Virus record (IMG/VR): IMGVR_UViG_3300025009_000318
Coordinates: 1-29,435 of that record
Source of the DNA: a virus
Taxonomy: Duplodnaviria; Caudoviricetes
Reading direction: 5' to 3' (one strand)
DNA: 29,435 nucleotides
Shown: positions 26,971 through 29,435 of the stretch, one piece after another
Position numbering within the stretch: the stretch's first letter is position 1
Layout of the letters: every line of letters begins with the position of its first letter
The notes under the pieces: generated by a model
What the model saw: only the letters and a program-made list of their open reading frames with translations
Told to the model about the DNA's origin: nothing
The model's database searches: none
Translations under genes and position numbers: made by a program

Positions 26971-27492
26971 TTACAGATTATCGTTTGCCATTACTTCTAC
27001 AACATAACCACCAGCAACAGTTCCACCACCTGCATCAATAGTAAACGCACCAAAAGTAGTTTTCTTAATTACTTTAAGATAAACCTCATACGCAGAAGGA
27101 TCTGCTGTTTTTGTCCATTTCATTACATTTGTAGTATCTGCTACAGAACGTCCAATGACAAAAGCACCAACTGCAACATCTGCAAAAGCATCAGTAACTA
27201 AATCAGCACTCATATCAAGTTGAAGTCCTACCATGTCTTTAAGTCTAAATGCACGAATATACTCATTTGCAACAACTTTATAGGAATCTGTATTGATGAT
27301 TTCAGGCTTATCAATGATATTGCACATAACATAAATATCACCTAATTTTGCTGTAGCTAAATCTGGAACTAATACCTGAACATCAGATGTAACATTGAAC
27401 TGATAACCATTATATGTATCTGCAATTGCCTTTACATTAGGTTTGTTGGATACATTAAGAAAATTTGAATCATGGAATTTAAATAAACTCAT
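26971..27492 (-). CDS. Head protein upstream of the capsid gene (probable decoration protein)
   Basis: 173 aa, beta-rich, between the scaffold and capsid genes. Confidence 0.7.
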   Translation of the reverse strand: MSLFKFHDSNFLNVSNKPNVKAIADTYNGYQFNVTSDVQVLVPDLATAKLGDIYVMCNIIDKPEIINTDSYKVVANEYIRAFRLKDMVGLQLDMSADLVTDAFADVAVGAFVIGRSVADTTNVMKWTKTADPSAYEVYLKVIKKTTFGAFTIDAGGGTVAGGYVVEVMANDNL

Positions 27493-27610
27493 TATTAATT
27501 ACCTCATTTCTTTTTATTTTTGTTATTAATTTTACCACTAACTTACAATTAATTAACCATTATTACATATTGTTGACATTAACTGTATATTTATCTTTAC
27601 TTTCTAAAAC

Positions 27611-29269
27611 TTAGTTAAAGAAAGATGGGATACTACCAGGAACTTTTTTCATTTCTTTCTCTTTAATTGAAATGAACATATCATTCTTAGTGTTAGTTTC
27701 AACATCAGTGTTATCTTGAGATGCAATCATTTCTTTAAATTTCTTTGCACAAAGTTCTGCTTCTGCTTTCTTTAATCCTTCTAAATCAATTGCTTCTACA
27801 AAAGTTTTCAAAGAATTAACTTCGCTTTCTTCAAAACCATTCTTAGTAATTTCTGTTTCAAAATAAGCATTGACTTCTGCAATTTTTGCTTCTGAATCTG
27901 CTTTAATTTTTTCTTCTCTAAAAGAATTTACTTCGACAGTAAGAGATTCTTTTTCTGCTTTTTCAGATTCAAGTAATTTATTAACCTCTACAATACTGGT
28001 GTTTAGTTCAACTACTTTATTATCTAGTTCTTGTGTTTTTTCAACTAGAGCATTAATTTCTGTTGCTTTTTCCTCCAAAGATTTAGTTAATGAATTAATT
28101 TCTACTCCTTTTTGTTCTAGGGAATTCGTAAGAGTATTAATTTCATTAATTTTATCTTCGATTTTTTGATTAAGTTCTAATACAATTTTTTCATCCATTT
28201 TTTTATTTTCCTCCTTCGTTTGATTATTTAATATATTAATCAGCGTATTATTAACTTCGACAAACTGTTCACCATCAACTGGTTTCCACCCTTCTTCGAC
28301 TTTAATAATGTTGCCAATAATAACCTTAGAATTTTCCACTGTATAAGAGCTTCCATAATATTCCCCTGTACAACTATAACTTTTCATTACAAAAGTTGAA
28401 TTAGTTGGATAAAACTTATGAATATAATAATAATGGTAATCATTTTCTGAATCTGAATTTTCAATAGTGAATTTTCTATTAAATGCATTTTGAATTAAGG
28501 TTGCAAGATCATTGATATCTAATTCGTTTATTTCGATTGATGCGTTATTTGGAATATTGTTATCATCTGGCAATATATTGTCCTCCTTTCCTGTTTCTGA
28601 TGTTGGATTATTATTTATATCAAGATCATCCTGTTTAGAATTAACCTCAAAAACAATTGAGTCATCATCAGCCTGATTTTCTAAACTTGACAATATTGCC
28701 AGTCCAGAAAAATCAAAAACTGTGGGACAACGGCCCATTTTTAAAGTTCCATCGATATTCTTGTTTCCATCAAGATATACAATATTTTTAGATTTTCCTT
28801 TTCCATTTATCTCAATAGAACCATAAACTTTGCCATTTTTAATTTCTTCTTTTAACCATTTTACAAAAAGACTGTATCTTTGTGAATTAATATATCCTTC
28901 TGTCATCATTACCTTTTTTATTTGTCCATCAATTTCTACATCACAAACATAAGCATCTAATACACTTCCGACAACAACGCCTTCAAATTTAACATTGCCA
29001 TCTTCATCAAAACTCATTTCTCCGTGTCCTGAAGGAATTTGATTTTCCTCATCTGCCCAAGACACCACATAATTCATTCCTATAGCAGATTTTATATTAT
29101 CTTGAGTATATTGTTCAAGCCATGTGATTCCATTCTTATTCCACTTACCTGCTTCTGGGTGGATAAAATGACTAGACATACGAATTTTTGCTCTTCCTGC
29201 AACATCTTCTTCGGACATTTCACAAATTTCTATATATGTATTATCAGAGTTTATGATTGAATTATTCAC
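27611..29269 (-). CDS. Prohead protease/scaffold fusion (SPbeta YonD-like)
   Basis: N-terminal globular domain (WNKNGITWLE, PSGHG, YGSIEI, FDFSGLAIL) and acidic coiled-coil C-terminus ending IPSFFN; likely start GTG 29269 after AAAGGAGGTGA. Confidence 0.78.
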   Translation of the reverse strand: MNNSIINSDNTYIEICEMSEEDVAGRAKIRMSSHFIHPEAGKWNKNGITWLEQYTQDNIKSAIGMNYVVSWADEENQIPSGHGEMSFDEDGNVKFEGVVVGSVLDAYVCDVEIDGQIKKVMMTEGYINSQRYSLFVKWLKEEIKNGKVYGSIEINGKGKSKNIVYLDGNKNIDGTLKMGRCPTVFDFSGLAILSSLENQADDDSIVFEVNSKQDDLDINNNPTSETGKEDNILPDDNNIPNNASIEINELDINDLATLIQNAFNRKFTIENSDSENDYHYYYIHKFYPTNSTFVMKSYSCTGEYYGSSYTVENSKVIIGNIIKVEEGWKPVDGEQFVEVNNTLINILNNQTKEENKKMDEKIVLELNQKIEDKINEINTLTNSLEQKGVEINSLTKSLEEKATEINALVEKTQELDNKVVELNTSIVEVNKLLESEKAEKESLTVEVNSFREEKIKADSEAKIAEVNAYFETEITKNGFEESEVNSLKTFVEAIDLEGLKKAEAELCAKKFKEMIASQDNTDVETNTKNDMFISIKEKEMKKVPGSIPSFFN

Positions 29270-29307
29270 AAAACATATCACCTCCTTTCAACTTTTTATT
29301 ATTTAAA

Positions 29308-29435
29308 TTATTTTTTGTTCTCAACTCTTTGTTCGTTACTTTTTAAGTTTTTTGTTATTAAACCTGATTCTTTTAATTCTGAATTATCCTTTGTAGGTCT
29401 TCCTCCTAAATTGCCATCTTCATTTGCTGTATCAG
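29308..29435 (-). CDS. 3' end of the probable portal protein
   Basis: DTANEDGNLGGRPTKDNSELKESGLITKNLKSNEQRVENKK-stop; GGRP tail and position upstream of the protease gene. Confidence 0.65.
   Translation of the reverse strand, partial: DTANEDGNLGGRPTKDNSELKESGLITKNLKSNEQRVENKK

Noticed and set aside
26897-27601. TTGACA hexamers at 26897 and 27573 as antisense promoters
   Set aside because: No convincing -10 element at 16-18 nt spacing.
6534-29260. Remaining short + strand ORFs other than 10512..11327, and 23584..23766 on the - strand
   Set aside because: They overlap well-supported - strand genes or regulatory regions and lack SD sites or protein motifs.
1-29435. CRISPR array, tRNA, rRNA, IS element, intein, reverse transcriptase/DGR
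   Set aside because: No repeat-spacer pattern, cloverleaf, transposase, intein or RT motifs seen by eye.

Overview
AT-rich stretch of a large temperate Firmicute siphophage or prophage, with gene order resembling the SPbeta-type morphogenesis module. Almost all genes lie on the - strand. Read from the right end: portal 3' end, prohead protease/scaffold, small head protein, major capsid protein, head-tail joining genes, tail tube, tail collar genes, DUF1064-like nuclease, tyrosine recombinase, neck/chaperone genes and a tape measure gene of at least 1687 codons running off the left end. The capsid gene is interrupted by an ORF-less group I intron of IA2 type; the ORF track misses its second exon. 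Accessory insertions include three free-standing PD-(D/E)XK homing-endonuclease-like genes, an AntA-nuclease fusion, a BRO-N antirepressor, a GNAT toxin-antitoxin pair and a two-gene membrane moron. The most unusual signal is a leader upstream of each of the three endonucleases. The three leaders differ in sequence but fold the same way: an enclosing stem, a hairpin with a palindromic loop, and a hairpin whose loop is complementary to that gene's ribosome-binding region. All calls are by eye from motifs and synteny; no searches or folding programs were run.
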